DNA of 64,000 bases from Podospora anserina (lineage: Eukaryota): contig CM030335.1 in the NCBI GenBank assembly GCA_017654855.1, positions 682,001 to 746,000 on the forward strand. Reading direction: 5' to 3'. The translations under genes and the position numbers were made by a program. The notes beneath the pieces were generated by a model, which saw nothing but the letters and a program-made list of their open reading frames with translations, was not told where the DNA came from and did not search any database. This document shows, piece after piece, positions 11,472 through 24,189 of this stretch. Each line of letters opens with the position of its first letter. Position 1 is the stretch's first letter.

Positions 11472-13489
11472 TAATCATTGTCAACCTAACGTTACATCCT
11501 TTCAAAAGTAAATAGGCTTTAAAAGATAGCTGAAAGGCCTAAGGAGAGAGATGAGGGCATATTGACTTTCGTTTGAGCCATGCTTTAGATATCATGTACG
11601 TTGACTTTCTTTTGCAGTCACATGGTATGCAGTTCGGTGGCCAAAACATGAATTTGGATTTCTGTTTCAATCTATTCCAACCCAAGTGATTCTAAAGGGC
11701 CTTCCACAGGCCCTGCAAAGCAAAAGCAGTATAGAAAAAAACGGACCAGGAAAGAAGTAACGTTCCAAAAACTTCTAAAAGAACTGCCCAAACTGCCAAG
11801 ATAATAGTTCCTTGCCAGCAAGTTCTATCGTCCACCTACCAAGTCCCTCCAGACACTTGATGCTGGCCAGCCTGCCACAAGCTGAAGGACCCCCAAATTC
11901 CAAGGCCACCGAGAAGCTGATCAACACGAGCAACCCTGACCTCGTCGGACTTGACACTTGAATTACGAGACGTTCACCACCTCCTCCCAACGCGCAAATC
12001 TTGGACCACCTGGAATTTGGCTCCAATAGAATTGTTGAACATCTCTACCCATGAATTCAAACTCTGGATGAGAATTCAGCTGACAGACCCAGGCCACAAC
12101 GAGCCATTGCTAAGTTACCAGCCTGGTCTCCTCGATGCTCGTGGGCGTTGCGAACGACGAATTTGACCCCCTGAATGTCGCGGCCCTGAATATTCTGGGA
12201 AGCCTTGCCATTGGGTGCCCAGCTCGCTTGATACAATGGCTGCTCCGGAAGTCTCCCCCACGCCTCCCTTGGCTGGACGTTCGTTGTCACGCACATATAC
12301 GACGACAACAAAAGTGCCTAGTTCCTCATTGGGTTGGATATACATCTGAGGCTGCACGATGAAGTGTCCATAGTTGCGAATGGAAACACACTGCTGCGAC
12401 ATTTTCCCACATGTACTCGAAGTTTTGGCGTAGTGTGGTTGAAAGTGATGACGGGATGTGTATGTGAGAGGGCGATGGTTCTGTGGATATGCTGAGTGTC
12501 TTTGGAACCCTTCTCTTGGGTACTCTGGCTGGAATTGAATTCAAAGAGTATTTAAACAACTCGGGGAGTGGCCTTGATGACCTGGACACTCGTGGCACAG
12601 GCGCAGGAGACTTGCGGCCGAGATCAGGGGCGCCAAGGGGGTGGCGATGGATCAAGTTTCGTCGCAACAAACGGTCACGCAGGACTCTACCTACCTGGCA
12701 GCATGACCGCAACACCAGGCGCACGTCGGGCGGCTGAGACACAATGATTATGGCATTGATGAGATGAAAAGTATCTCGTAGTAAAATGGGAGCCGGGTTT
12801 CCAACACAGTACACGCCCATAGCACCTGTTACAATGCCATCTGTAGTTTGCAAGGCCGACTGCGATGCAACGCAACCTCCGTCCGGACTCGGTGTGAGCC
12901 TTGAACACGCCCACATGCTCTGTCTGGAACGAACTCCAAACACCCAGAGGGACCTGGTGAACAAAAACTAAACTCCCATCAAACGAGCAGCCGCGTCAGT
13001 GACAGTCAGCTTCTACATCGAGACCATATCATCACCGATGCGCGGCTGAGGCAGTGCGCCGTTATTCTTGCCTCCTTTCCCACCCTTACTGGAAGTCACA
13101 ACCAATGTTGACCTCGTTCTCCAGCCCTCGTGAGATAGGGTTTCGACAACTGATTCAACGGCGGTTGCCACCCAAGGGCAATGGGTACCGGCTATCGTCA
13201 GCCACCCAGCAAGAATTTGCGCCACCGCCACAAGGCTTCCACCGTTGTGGTGTCCCAGCTTTCGCAATACCCCACAGATCACTTTAAACTCCAACGAGCA
13301 TTGCGTTCCTACGCCAACGATCTGCCTCAGCTGCTCAGCAGAAACCAACGTTTCTATTTGTGCCTCAACTCCCCCCTGAACCCACCTCCCCTAGGCCGCC
13401 CGCAAGTCGGCTGCTGGCCGCTCCCCAGCCAGTCACTCCCCCATTATCAATACCCCCGACATTTCCGACACTTAAAAGTCAATAGCACG

Positions 13490-13822
13490 CACAAAACATT
13501 CATATCCATCGTCGCAGTACCACTGTGGCCTCTTCCAGCAATCAGATATCTCATCCACTTTATTGGTGGTCATGTTGCAACAAACTGTTTTGGGGAGGGT
13601 CAGACTTGTCTGGGAATCAACTAGTATAGTCTTTGGTCAGGGAGGAACAACGAAAATGGGGTACAACAGCGCAGAAGTTACAGGGGCTTGGAGGAGGGGG
13701 TGATAAGTGACGAGGATGAAGAGACGCTGTATTACAAGGATGAGAGTCAGGCTGTGGAGATGGAAACCTTTTACCAAAGTGGGGAGGCAAAAAAAGCAGG
13801 ACGGTATGGGTTGGCACCTTGA
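13490..13822 (+). pseudogene. Degenerate or stop-interrupted member of the small-membrane-protein family
   Basis: ...VAVPLWPL...ATNCFGEGQTCLGIN*YSLW...SDEDEETLYYKDESQAVEMETF; TAG at 13622-13624 aligns with Trp of the paralogue (GIDW). The 5' part is unclear. Confidence 0.65.
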
Positions 13823-13974
13823 TACGCCGATGGATTCTCATATCGCTCAAACATATCGATATATCCATGGTATAAGCCTGATCCCCCTCACTCTCTTATC
13901 ACCCAAAGCCTCGCGCTGAGATCAAAACATTAACCCAAAAGATACAACAACCAAACCCTCAAACAATCCACAAA

Positions 13975-15287
13975 CTACGGCAACCACCAACCAAAACGCC
14001 TCTGGTCCAGGGTTCTCACCGCCAAACTATAACTCAGCACCATCCCAGGCCAGTCCTCACCATAAATCTTGAGAATAGCCTGCATATCCGCTACCGAAGG
14101 GCGGTTCCAACACCCACCCTACCCTGAATCAAAGCCTGCAATCCTCTGACTTCAGCAATCTTCCCTTCCTCGTCCTCGGTCGCCGGCCGCAAAGCTCGAA
14201 CAAGACAAGAATCATTCATATTCATCTTGGTAATCATAACGTGCGCTGGAGATCCAGGGCGCGGCTCGAGTAGGCACTGCAGACGGACTTCTTCATGCTG
14301 CTCCTCCAGGCTGGTTCCATAGTCTGGACCAAATAGGAGCCGCATATTTTCTGGCGTGTCCTGACCTGTGATAATGAGGCGGTATCGAGGCAGGCTAAAC
14401 ACTGTATCAGCAACCATTGTTTTCCATAAAAGTCTGCAAGGGGACGGGAACGATGCGCACCCTATTCCACCACGTTTTGAATCATCTTCAAGACAAAGTG
14501 ATTTCATCAAATCTCGGGCCTCCGGGTCGTTAGGTGCCTTTGTAGTGTAATAGTCATGGGCGTCGAGCTTTGGAGGAGGGACGGCAGCAGGTGAAGCGGT
14601 GGCAGCAGGTGAAGCGGTGGCAGCAGGTGAAGCGGTGGCAGCAGGTGCGCGACATGTTTCCTTGTGCACTATCCAGTACGCCTTCTGGCACCCTCTCGAG
14701 TGATACCACGCCCGGCCGCACTGCGCACACCGTTTGAGCGCTTCGAAAAACGACGCCTGACCCATCCGGCAGCCATGACACCTTGTAGAATCGCCCAGTT
14801 TACCCGGCTCTCGAAAAACCATCTCCAACGCCGGAGTGAGCGGGAGAAAGAAATCCTCTCAGCGCTTCTCCAAGATCTCCCGCTCTTTCGAGGTGCAGAC
14901 GCCCACTTTGCAAAGCGCCGGTGTCACGCCGTGCTTCTTCAGCTCATCTTCGATCGCCTGCGCCATCTCGGGTTCCAAGGTGGACCATGAGCCAGGCAAG
15001 AGGGCCGTAGCTTTAGGGTTGAATCCCTCGGGTATGAGAAAGGCGTCCAAAAGATGGGGAACCGTCGCTTCAGCTTTCCCTTGTATTGTTGGCATTGAAA
15101 GTATTTGACACGGGCTGGCCTCCTTCATAAAATCAAATCCTGGGTTGACGGCTATAAGAATTTCGGAGGGGTTCTTGATCTCAACATGGCAGACGCCAAA
15201 AACCCAGTGGTTGCGACCAAACAGGTTGGGTAACTCCATATCCGCCGGGCCCGGGAGGTTGTTGAACGAGCGAACCTTTTCCTCCAT
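13975..15287 (-). pseudogene. MYND zinc-finger protein gene with an in-frame TGA and a 3' frameshift
   Basis: ORFs 14859-15335 and 14091-14828 are in the same frame, separated by TGA (14859-14861). MYND motif CHGC..LKRCAQC..AWYHSRGCQKAYW..HKETC; intron about 14395-14460; the coding-like tail (PSVADMQAIL..W) continues in another frame from about 14105. Confidence 0.7.
14583..14647. repeat. 18-bp tandem repeat (ggcagcaggtgaagcggt) x about 3.6, encoding PAATAS in the MYND gene
   Basis: Perfect tandem copies read directly from the sequence. Confidence 0.95.
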
Positions 15288-15592
15288 GATTGCTGTGTGT
15301 CTGTGATGATAAGTAGCGGTCGGTTGTTCTGGCAAATGAGGGATGAAGCACTGCTCTCGTAGTCAATGACTTTGCAGCAAAACTGTTGATCAACTAAGCG
15401 AACAAGGTAACTGGAGAAGAACTGAAGCTGAAGGCAAACAGGCCCAGAGTGGCGAAAGCTCCCGGAAGGAGCAGACAGTGATTCGGTGACGGCAGTTTGA
15501 AACTTCGGTGTCATGGTCCATATGCGATACTGCCAGTTCGGAAAGTGTGCTGTACAGAGCAGGAAGGATGGTGCAATGACTGTGAATCGCTA

Positions 15593-17203
15593 TCACTCCC
15601 TAAACACCTCCAGCCTCGCCCTTCCCGTCATCAGGGTGCAAAGCCAGAGGCCATCAACAACCAAAACATCAAGGAAGCTAAACACTAGACTACCGCCAAA
15701 CACAAAACTGTGGTACGTCCAAGCATTGCCTTCATCCAGCTCCTTGACTTGACATACAATAGCCCAAGGTAAGACATACAAAAGGTTGCTAACAAGACTC
15801 TGGTACAAGTACCACTTGGGCCTTGTAGCAAGCAAAACAGTGGCCAGTTGAGTAGACGCTGCATAAAAGATGTAGCACCAGTCTATCGTGCGCCACATGT
15901 ACGCCGTCACCTCTGCAACCTCGTCTGAAGCACTCAAATACTTTGCAAATGACCCAGCACCCCAGATGGAGAGGAAAATCGCCAGCGGGATCTCCACGAG
16001 CATGGCCAGCCCAAAGGATGTCAGGGCTGGCTTCACAATCCTGAATATCACAGGCTTAAATGCCACTTTTCCAGGTCTGCGTGTCGTTGTCCCAATTTCT
16101 CGTCTCCACGCACCCCACCGGTGACCAACAAAGGCGAGAGCTGTGGCTTCCAGAGACTGAACTGGCACCATGACAAGACCCCATCGAATGGTATTGAACA
16201 CGCCCCAAGCAGTGGCGTAGGTAGACCCCATGGACACAATATTACTTACCAACCAGAGGTAGAGCGCATTTCTGACGGTAGACTCAATAAGCGTGAGAAT
16301 GCCTGGACGGATGAGAACAGCCAGTGCCCTCACGCTTGGCGCTATCCTTTCCTGCGCCTTGTATTGTGGCCAGCTGGTCCTCCAGAGAAAATAGACCAAG
16401 CCACAAATCGCGGCAGCCATGTTGCACGCCAGCTGAATGCCGGCCTGCATGTTCACGGTCGGTGTGTGGCTGCCAACGTGAAAAGTTGAAATGAGGAGAA
16501 GGTCCAAAATGATGTTGATGCCAAACTTGGCACTGCTGATGACCAACGGAACATCGGGCTTGTCTAGGGCGCGCGTGGCAGATGCAACAGCTGTCTCGAG
16601 AGCCGAGCTGAGGGCAGAAAAGGCGCTGATACGGATGTACGTGAGGCTGGCGCCTCGAACTTCGATTGGAACGAAGCCCTTGGCAAAGGTGGAGGCACCA
16701 CCGAGGAGGGCGAGACTCATGATCAGGCCGAGAATAGTCTGGAAGAGGATGAGGGTGTGCGAGAGTGAGAGTCGGGCGGCAAGAGAGCGAGAAGATTTGT
16801 CCCCAATGATGACCCTTGAGGTATGTTAGCATTCAGTTCCCAGGCATAAGGGAACAAAAGGGCAAAGGTACCAAGCAGCTCGCGGTAGCCCTTCATTGAG
16901 CACCTCGGCAAGAACTCCAATGTATGTATACACATCGGTTGTGACAACCATGCTGCGGTCGATGTTGGCGACCCATAGTTTAGAAAGTGTGCCGTAAAGA
17001 GCAGGAAGAATGAAAGAGGCTGTGTTGAAAACCAGTGCACCAGCGTAAAAACTTCGAAAGTCGTTCTGAAGCAGCGATTCATCTTGAAGATGGCGGCCGT
17101 CGTCACTGTCTCCGCGGTTGTTGTCCGAGGGCGAGGCCCGATTTTCTTGGGCTACCATTCTGTAACCCAGTCGATTCCGGAGATGATGGAGAAGGGATGA
17201 CAT
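15593..17203 (-). CDS. Multi-pass membrane protein, MATE/MOP-flippase-like; one intron at about 16820-16870
   Basis: [36 protein letters not shown]..., about 11-12 hydrophobic segments, [19 protein letters not shown]. The start could instead be 17158. Confidence 0.75.
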
Positions 17204-18022
17204 GGCCCAGTTGAAGTGGCGAACACCTTCCTTCTGATAAGTTTTCCATCTTTGGAGGAAAGGTGCGCCATCGAGCGGGGTATGCTGCAGGCTGTTGAAT
17301 TTCAGGTTAGGTAACGAGCACAGTGCCAAAAGTCGACCAGTAGAAGTCTCGGACGCGGTAGGCCTCAAGACATCATGGGATCATTTCGACTCCATGACAT
17401 TGCTTGCATTGGTCTCTTCTCAATATATGCCCTGAAGGGGATTAGTCACACTGAAGAAGGGTACCCAACTACACAAAAGGCTTGGGATGATACCTATCCA
17501 GGACATTTTCCGCATAGCTGAAAGTTGGTTGGTTTACCCTCTCTCATGGTATTAACTGACATTTGGGATGATATGAAGCATATTGATAGATTTGAGACGT
17601 TTTAGTAGAGATGAATGTCATCCATTTTTTTTAGTTGGGTGATGCTTTGTTATCAAAGTAATTCTGAAGAACAATATCATCTCAAACCCAAGTTCTTGAC
17701 TTGGCGGAAACTTGAACTGCTGCAGCGAGAGCAGGAGCAACGGGAGCAACTGAAAGGTGAGCGACTCTCCACACGTGATGCCGTCTCATAAAGAACGATT
17801 GCTCTTGATACGGCGCACCTTCCTCCAAAATGAGAACTCCACCAAAGATACGGCCGTCTCGCTCCTCCACGGGTTTGGTACTATGGATCTTGAGGTACCC
17901 ACGGGTCATCGCGGCCGCAAATCCTGCCTTGGCCAGTTGGTATTTATACGTCTTCAACGATCCTTCTCCCTCTCAGCCCATCATCGCTTTGCAACCCAAC
18001 AACTGTCTTCCCAACTCTCGCC

Positions 18023-18733
18023 ATGTATCTCGCGACCGCCCTCGCCCTGCTCCTCAGCAGCATCAGCACTGTGACCGCCAGCCGGTCCTGGGTCGCAACT
18101 GCACAAGACTACGGCAATGCCACTTTCGTCACCGGCGTTGATGATGTCTCAGAGCAATTCAAGATTCAATGGGTCGAAGGCGGCAACCCCTCCGATGTCA
18201 TCATTGGCCACATCCCCGGCGGCGGCCTTGAGGCTAGGGATGACAAGATGTCTACGATCACGGTCGAGACGATATTCGTTGTGGACACGGCTACCAGCTA
18301 CTCCTCCACAGCCACCACCATAGTCAGCACCCTCGTGGGTGAGTCCCCGAGCCCGGCCGGGGCCACCCAAGCACCCAACACCGTTCCCAAATGGGCTCTA
18401 GACGTGTTCACGCAAGGTGACACCTGGTGTCCCCGTGGTGTCTACTCCACCATCTCGCTCCTCCGGTACGGGACATTCTGTCTCAAGACGCCAGCCGGCA
18501 CCACCAGCGCAAGAATTCCACAAGGCATGATGGGTGGATGCAGCAGTAAGTTTGCCTTGTTTGCCCCGCAAGAGAATATCTTTCCAGTTGACTGATCATC
18601 ATATGCAGCTACCTTATTCCAAGACGAGAACTGTTCCGTTGGCCCCGTTCACATCGAGAACGAAGAGATGTGTATGCGGTTGCGCGGTAGCAGCGGTGTT
18701 GTCGAGCTCAAGTCATTTGTCGTTGCTTGCTAG
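18023..18733 (+). CDS. Small secreted protein with a Ser/Thr-rich linker and Cys-containing C-terminal domain; intron 18546-18608
   Basis: Signal peptide MYLATALALLLSSISTVTA; gtaagt..ctgat..cag intron restores the frame to ...TLFQDENCSVGP..MCMRL..FVVAC*. Confidence 0.7.
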
Positions 18734-18973
18734 ATAGCAAGGGAAGTGGTGCAAGTCAAGGATCATAAAATGGTTTCTGGAAGATAGACGGATAGCAGTA
18801 GGGAATCCAGCCCACTTCATTCATGGCGTTTTTGTCGATTCGTGCCCAGTATTTTATGACCCAGGTGTTAAGTCAGCCCACAATAAGTTGTTTAATCGCA
18901 AGGTAACTCAAGACCTTGTCAACAAAACGTGAAGTAAAAAGGAAAGCTTTTTTTCAGCAAAAGAACATGTGGA

Positions 18974-19059
18974 CTCTCCCGCCGGGAATTGAACCCGGGT
19001 CTCGAGCGTTGACGTCTGAAGATGACAAGCTCACATACTGACCACTATACTACGGAAGA
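18974..19059 (-). tRNA. tRNA-Asp(GTC) with 14-nt intron
   Basis: Reverse complement tcttccgtagtatagtggtcagtatgtgagctt-GTC-a[intron]cgctcgagacccgggttcaattcccggcgggagag; A and B boxes, downstream T run. Confidence 0.95.
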
Positions 19060-19179
19060 CTTACAGATGTTGTCACCTGTCGTAGCTGTGTGAGGTGCCG
19101 GAAGCTGGGCCAAAGACGTCTAGGCTTGTGGGCGTTGCGTGGAAAAGAAAGATAAGGGTGGAGGCAAGAGGTGCAAAAA

Positions 19180-19266
19180 CGATCCGCCCAGGGGTCGAAC
19201 CTGGAACCTCCTGATTATTTGATTGGGTAATCGTAGTCAGACGCGCTGCCATTACGCCAGCGGACC
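19180..19266 (-). tRNA. tRNA-Arg(ACG) with about 14-nt intron
   Basis: Reverse complement ggtccgctggcgtaatggcagcgcgtctgact-ACG-a[intron]atcaggaggttccaggttcgacccctgggcggatcg followed by TTTTT. Confidence 0.93.
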
Positions 19267-19781
19267 TTGGAACTTGGATGCATCGGTGGACGGAGTGTGG
19301 CCTTATGATAGGATATGCAAGCTCGGTGAAGCTGAAAATAGATGTCAAAAACATCTTGAATAAACATGCCGAAAATGGACATATTTTTCATGAACAGTTA
19401 CAAAAGGGCATTTTTGTGGGGCCGGACTTTGGCGGACTTTGCGTTGTGTAACAAGACACAAGTGCTTCGCTGACAATTACCGTCCAGTATGGCTTGGCGC
19501 ACCCTTTTCTCTGTCCCCATGAAGACGCAGTTAAGACACCATCTCGGGCCGGGAAACAAGTGACACCGATCTCATGTTTCCAGAATGTCTCAATCATGGA
19601 AATTAAGACTAAGGCCGGTAATCCCGCTCTCTGATGGGATCACGATGATCGTTGATGGATGAGAGTTGTGTATAAAAGGGGCCTCGGTCTAGTGAGATCT
19701 TGTGTGGTATGAACTCGACATCATCACACACCGAGCACTTCACCAGTATCTCTCAGCTACTCTCATCAACTCAAACTCAAA

Positions 19782-20622
19782 ATGGCCTCCACCGACAAGA
19801 CCATCGTTCTCATCACCGGTTAGTCCCCCTCTATCACTGTCCCCTTTTTGAACTTTGCCAAACTAACCCAGCAAAACAGGCGCCAACAGCGGCATCGGTC
19901 TCGAAACCATCGTCACCATCTCCAAGTCCTCCCCTAATTACCACCTCCTCCTCGCCGCCCGCTCCCTCGACAAAGGCAACGCCGCCCTCGCCAAAATCCA
20001 AGCCGAGCACGGCGCTGCTCTCCTATCCCCCGTCTCAGTCGTCAAGTTGGACGTCACCTCCCTCCCCACTATCGAAACCACCGCATCATACATCGAATCC
20101 ACCTTTGGCCGCCTCGATGTCCTGATCCAAAACGCGGGTGTCATCGTCTACCGCCCTTGCTCCACCCTCGAAAACCTCCGCGAGACGTTTGAAACAAACA
20201 CCTTTGGCCCGAAGGTCCTGACGGAGGCAATGCTGCCGCTGCTGAAAAAGTCGAGGAACGCGCGCGTGATTTATGTGAGCTCGGTGCAGGGGAGTATCAC
20301 TTTCAAGCTGGACCCGGAGTACGAGTACAAACACACGAGGGGGATCGAGTACAGGATGAGCAAGGCTGCGCTGAATATGCTGGCGGCTTGCGACCGGTAT
20401 GACTTTCGGGAGTGGGGCGGGAGGGTGACTGCTTTTAATCCTGGGTTTTGCGTGACCAACTTGACTGGGGAGGACGGCAGGAAGCAGAGGGTGGAGGCGG
20501 GGGCTAGGTCGGCGGAGGATCCGGCAAGGGCTTTGCTTGAGGTGTTGGAGGGGAAGAGGGACGGGGATGCGTGGGAGGAGAATGGGATGTTGGATTTGGA
20601 TGGGGGGGTTATTCCTTGGTGA
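19782..20622 (+). CDS. Short-chain dehydrogenase/reductase; intron about 19819-19879
   Basis: IVLITG|ANSGIG, GRLDVLIQNAG, YVSS, YRMSK catalytic motif. Confidence 0.92.
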
Positions 20623-21379
20623 TTGAGCGAGTAGGCGGCTGGGATTCTTTTGTGGTGAGGCTAGAATTGGCAGCGGGTGAAGCTTGCCTGGTTGGGTAAT
20701 GGTCGTTGTGGAGGGTCTCCTTTGAGTGCTTTCTGAGTTTACAAAGTGTTTAGTAGAAGTTGATTTTTCGAATGGTACCTAGTGCAAAGAGAAAGCTCCG
20801 CATTGATGGAGTAATCTGAGGCGTGTGAAGTGCAAGTGAAGGTAGGTGCCATTACAGATGAGTCATGAATTTCCTTTACTTTTCAGGAAGTGAGAAGTTA
20901 ACTGCTCTGTGGAAGAAGTCAAGTATTGAAGATACGGAAAAAGGCAGCTGTAACAATTGCATTTTTTTCTCCTCCGGCGGGTAGAAACAGCGGACAATTG
21001 TTAAACTTGTTGACGTTGATGAGAAACCAAAACTCTCCACTGGTGCAAATGAGCTCCGATGGCACTGACTTATGCAGCTATACATAATGTTATGGTGGGG
21101 TGTGCTGTAGGGTTTGGGTTAGACGTGCTCTCTTTGAAGAACCCCACCATCAATATGAGCCCACCATGAGTCACCGAAGTCGGATGGTGGGGGCGGGCGG
21201 TGAGCAGCCAAAATCTCAATCTGGCCAGCTTTGTCCACTGCTGCTTGGCTCTTGGTGACAACGGTCGAGGGTCCATTGCTGCCAGTCACTGACACCCCCT
21301 GGTTCGCTGGAGATTCTCTTGTACTAGGATTCGATATTGATATCTCACTCAAGATCACCAACCACCTGCCCAATTCTCG

Positions 21380-23256
21380 ATGGCTTCCACCGCGAAACTC
21401 GACATCCGGCCATCCGCTGAAGAGGCCCGCTCTGTTTTTGAGCAGGCCCGCCAAGCCAGTCCACGGCCAACCCTCCTTCCCGTTTGCTACTCAGTTCCCT
21501 CGGACCTGTTGACGCCATCTGCCATCTACCTCAAGCTCTCCAACGGGTACGTGATGCATGCGAACGATTGAGTGGAGCTGTGTCAATTGAGTCGGTTGGA
21601 ATAAGTCATTGAACCAGTTCTGATATGACAACACAGTGCCACCGCTGAGTATTCATTCCTTCTCGAGAGCGCCACCGGTAGCACTGGGACGATTGGCCGT
21701 TATAGTTTTATCGGTGCCAGTGAGTTTGAGCCGGCCACAATGTGACACTTTGCCATGTTTAACTTCTGACACGATCGATAGATCCCAGAAAAGTGCTGGC
21801 CACCGGCCCCGGATATGAAGATGTCGGCGACCCCCTCCGTGCTCTTGAGAGTACTCTCGGTCAGGACCGTGTTCTCAGCATCCCATCACTGAGACTCCCC
21901 AGTCTGACCGGAGGTGCTGTCGGGTACTTGTCCTATGACTGCATCAGGTACTTTGAGCCCAAGACGGCCAGAGCTCTCAAGGACAACCTACAGATCCCCG
22001 AGGCGCTCTTTATGCTTTTTGACACCATCGTCGCCTTTGACCACTTTTACCAGACCGTTACCATTGTGACTCACATGAGACTACCAGAAACCGTCGGGGA
22101 TGAGTTCCAAGCTGCCTACGACGAGGCCGCTGCCACAATCAAGTCCACTCTGGACCTTATTCAACAGAACGAGATTCCTCTTCCACCCGCGACACCCAGC
22201 AAGCCGGCCTCGGAGCAGCAATATTCATCAAACGTTGGCCGTCATGGCTATGAGACCTTCGTCACTGAGCTCAAAAAGCACATCATCAAAGGCGACATCA
22301 TTCAGGCTGTCCCATCACAACGCTTTTCCCGAAGCACCAGCCTGCATCCATTCAACATCTATCGCACATTACGGACCCTGAACCCATCCCCATACCTCTT
22401 CTTCCTGTCTTGCTCCGACTTCCACATTATCGGCGCTTCACCAGAATGTCTTATGAAGACAGACGGCTACGCTGACCTTCCTGAAGACGAAAGATTTGGC
22501 TACTCTGCGCAAGACGCCCTTTCCCGCCCGAAGATTGTCAACCATGCCATCGCAGGCACCATCAAGCGCGGCGCCAACCCCGCCGAGGATGATGAACTTG
22601 CCGCCGTTCTCCAAAACAGCACCAAGGATCGCGCCGAACACGTCATGCTTGTTGATTTGGCCCGCAACGACGTCAACCGCGTTTGCCACCCCTCTACTGT
22701 CAAGGTTGACCGCCTCATGCGCATTGACCGTTTCTCTCATGTTCAGCATCTGACGTCAGAGGTATCGGGACTGCTGAGGCCAGGATGCACACGCTGGGAT
22801 GCCATGCGCAGCATCTTCCCCGCTGGCACTGTCTCTGGCGCTCCCAAGATCAAGGCTATGGAGCTGATCTACGACTTGGAGAAGGAGAAGAGAGGCATTT
22901 ACGCCGGCGCTACCGGATGGTTCGCCTACGATGTAGTCCGTTCCCTGGGAGAGGGCAAGGGGTTTAAGCTGGATGAGGGGCAGATGGATACTTGCATTGC
23001 CATCCGTACCATGCTTGTCAAGAAGGGTGTCGCCTATCTCCAGGCCGGTGGCGGTATTGTCTTTGACAGCGAAAAGACCGAGGAGTGGATGGAAACCATG
23101 AACAAGCTGGCGGCCAACCTCAGGTGTATCGAGCAGGCTGAGAAGTACTATGGTGATGGAGCCGGCACGAAGTCGGTTCAGGACATCATCGACGACGAGA
23201 GGAGAAAGGGAGATGAGTATTACTCCAGCCTTCAAACCACCAGCGCTGGGGCTTAA
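21380..23256 (+). CDS. TRP2: Anthranilate synthase component I (TRP2/trpE-type), two introns near the 5' end
   Basis: DLLTPSAIYLKL, YSFLLES, GGAVGYLSYD, GDIIQAVPSQR, LRTLNPSPYLF, KDRAEHVMLVDLARND, FPAGTVSGAPKIKAM, LQAGGGIVFDS. Confidence 0.96.
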
Positions 23257-23329
23257 GTATTAAACAGTCTAAAGAGGTAGACAAGAATGATCACGATACT
23301 GCCTTCTCAGCTGTAACATCAGGACCTCG

Positions 23330-23911
23330 CTACTTGTTACTCATAAAACGTGACACAACCTCCCCGCCACAGAAATACTTGGCATCACTTTTGCAGACTT
23401 GCTTTAGTTGAACCCCCGTTTTGCACGCCTGATCATCCTGCCGATAGGAAAGCAACTCCATCCCCTCGCTCTCCTCCAAGCCGTAAAGTGTTTCTGTGTC
23501 GTCGTCACACACGGGCCCCTCCTCCCCGTCTTCCGCCAACTCCCGAGTGCCTCTCTGCTCCTCCTCATCATGTGCATTTCTTGTTCGGCCCCGAGATTTG
23601 TTCCAATCGATCCCCACACACGTCTGACCCTCGCCGAAGCAATTTCTGGCGATGGTTGCAGCGCTCATGAAAAACAGAAAAAGAAACAACAGGACAGGCC
23701 AGAGTAAGATTTGGACGAGGGCGACGAGCCAGGTTAGACACCAGAGGCAACCGTCTTTTTTGAGGAGGGGGAAGGACGAGATGATTTGGCGGTGGGCGGT
23801 GGGGAGGGCGAAGAGGAGGAAGAAGGTGAGGGTGTAGTAGAGGAAAGTGAGGATTGAGAGCTAGGGGATGGTATTAGTGGTGGTGATGTGGTAGTGGTGG
23901 GTGGGTTGCAT
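23330..23911 (-). pseudogene. Full-length small-membrane-protein paralogue (193 codons) with a single in-frame TAG at codon 17
   Basis: ATG 23911 (caaaATG) MQPTHHYHITTTNTIP*LSILTFLYYTLTFFLLFALPTAHRQIISSFPLLKKDGCLWCLTW..LWP..NCFGEGQTCVGIDW..DEEEQR..DDDTETLYG; TAG at 23861-23863. Confidence 0.75.
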
Positions 23912-24189
23912 TTTGTTGTACCGTATGGAGAGGTGGTTGTGTAGAGAAGGATGGTGAGGTTGGGGAGGGGGGAGGGGGGAGGTTGGGTGTATGGTTTTGT
24001 TTGGTGAACTAGCCAAGAGGATCGTCCTGAGGATTCGGTGAACACGCGCCGGAGAGAGCGATGAATACGAATGGGAGGTACCAAGCTGGATGCAGGGTCG
24101 ATCAGAGCAACACAGCCAGGTTGTGCCGTAGTTGTTATGCGAGTTCTTTCTTGGCTCAGTCCGACATGTTTCAGTGCTGGGTAGGTAGG

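Noticed and set aside
11500-13400. Several short ORFs that might be a gene relic
   Set aside because: No recognisable motifs or consistent strand and frame; no call can be supported.
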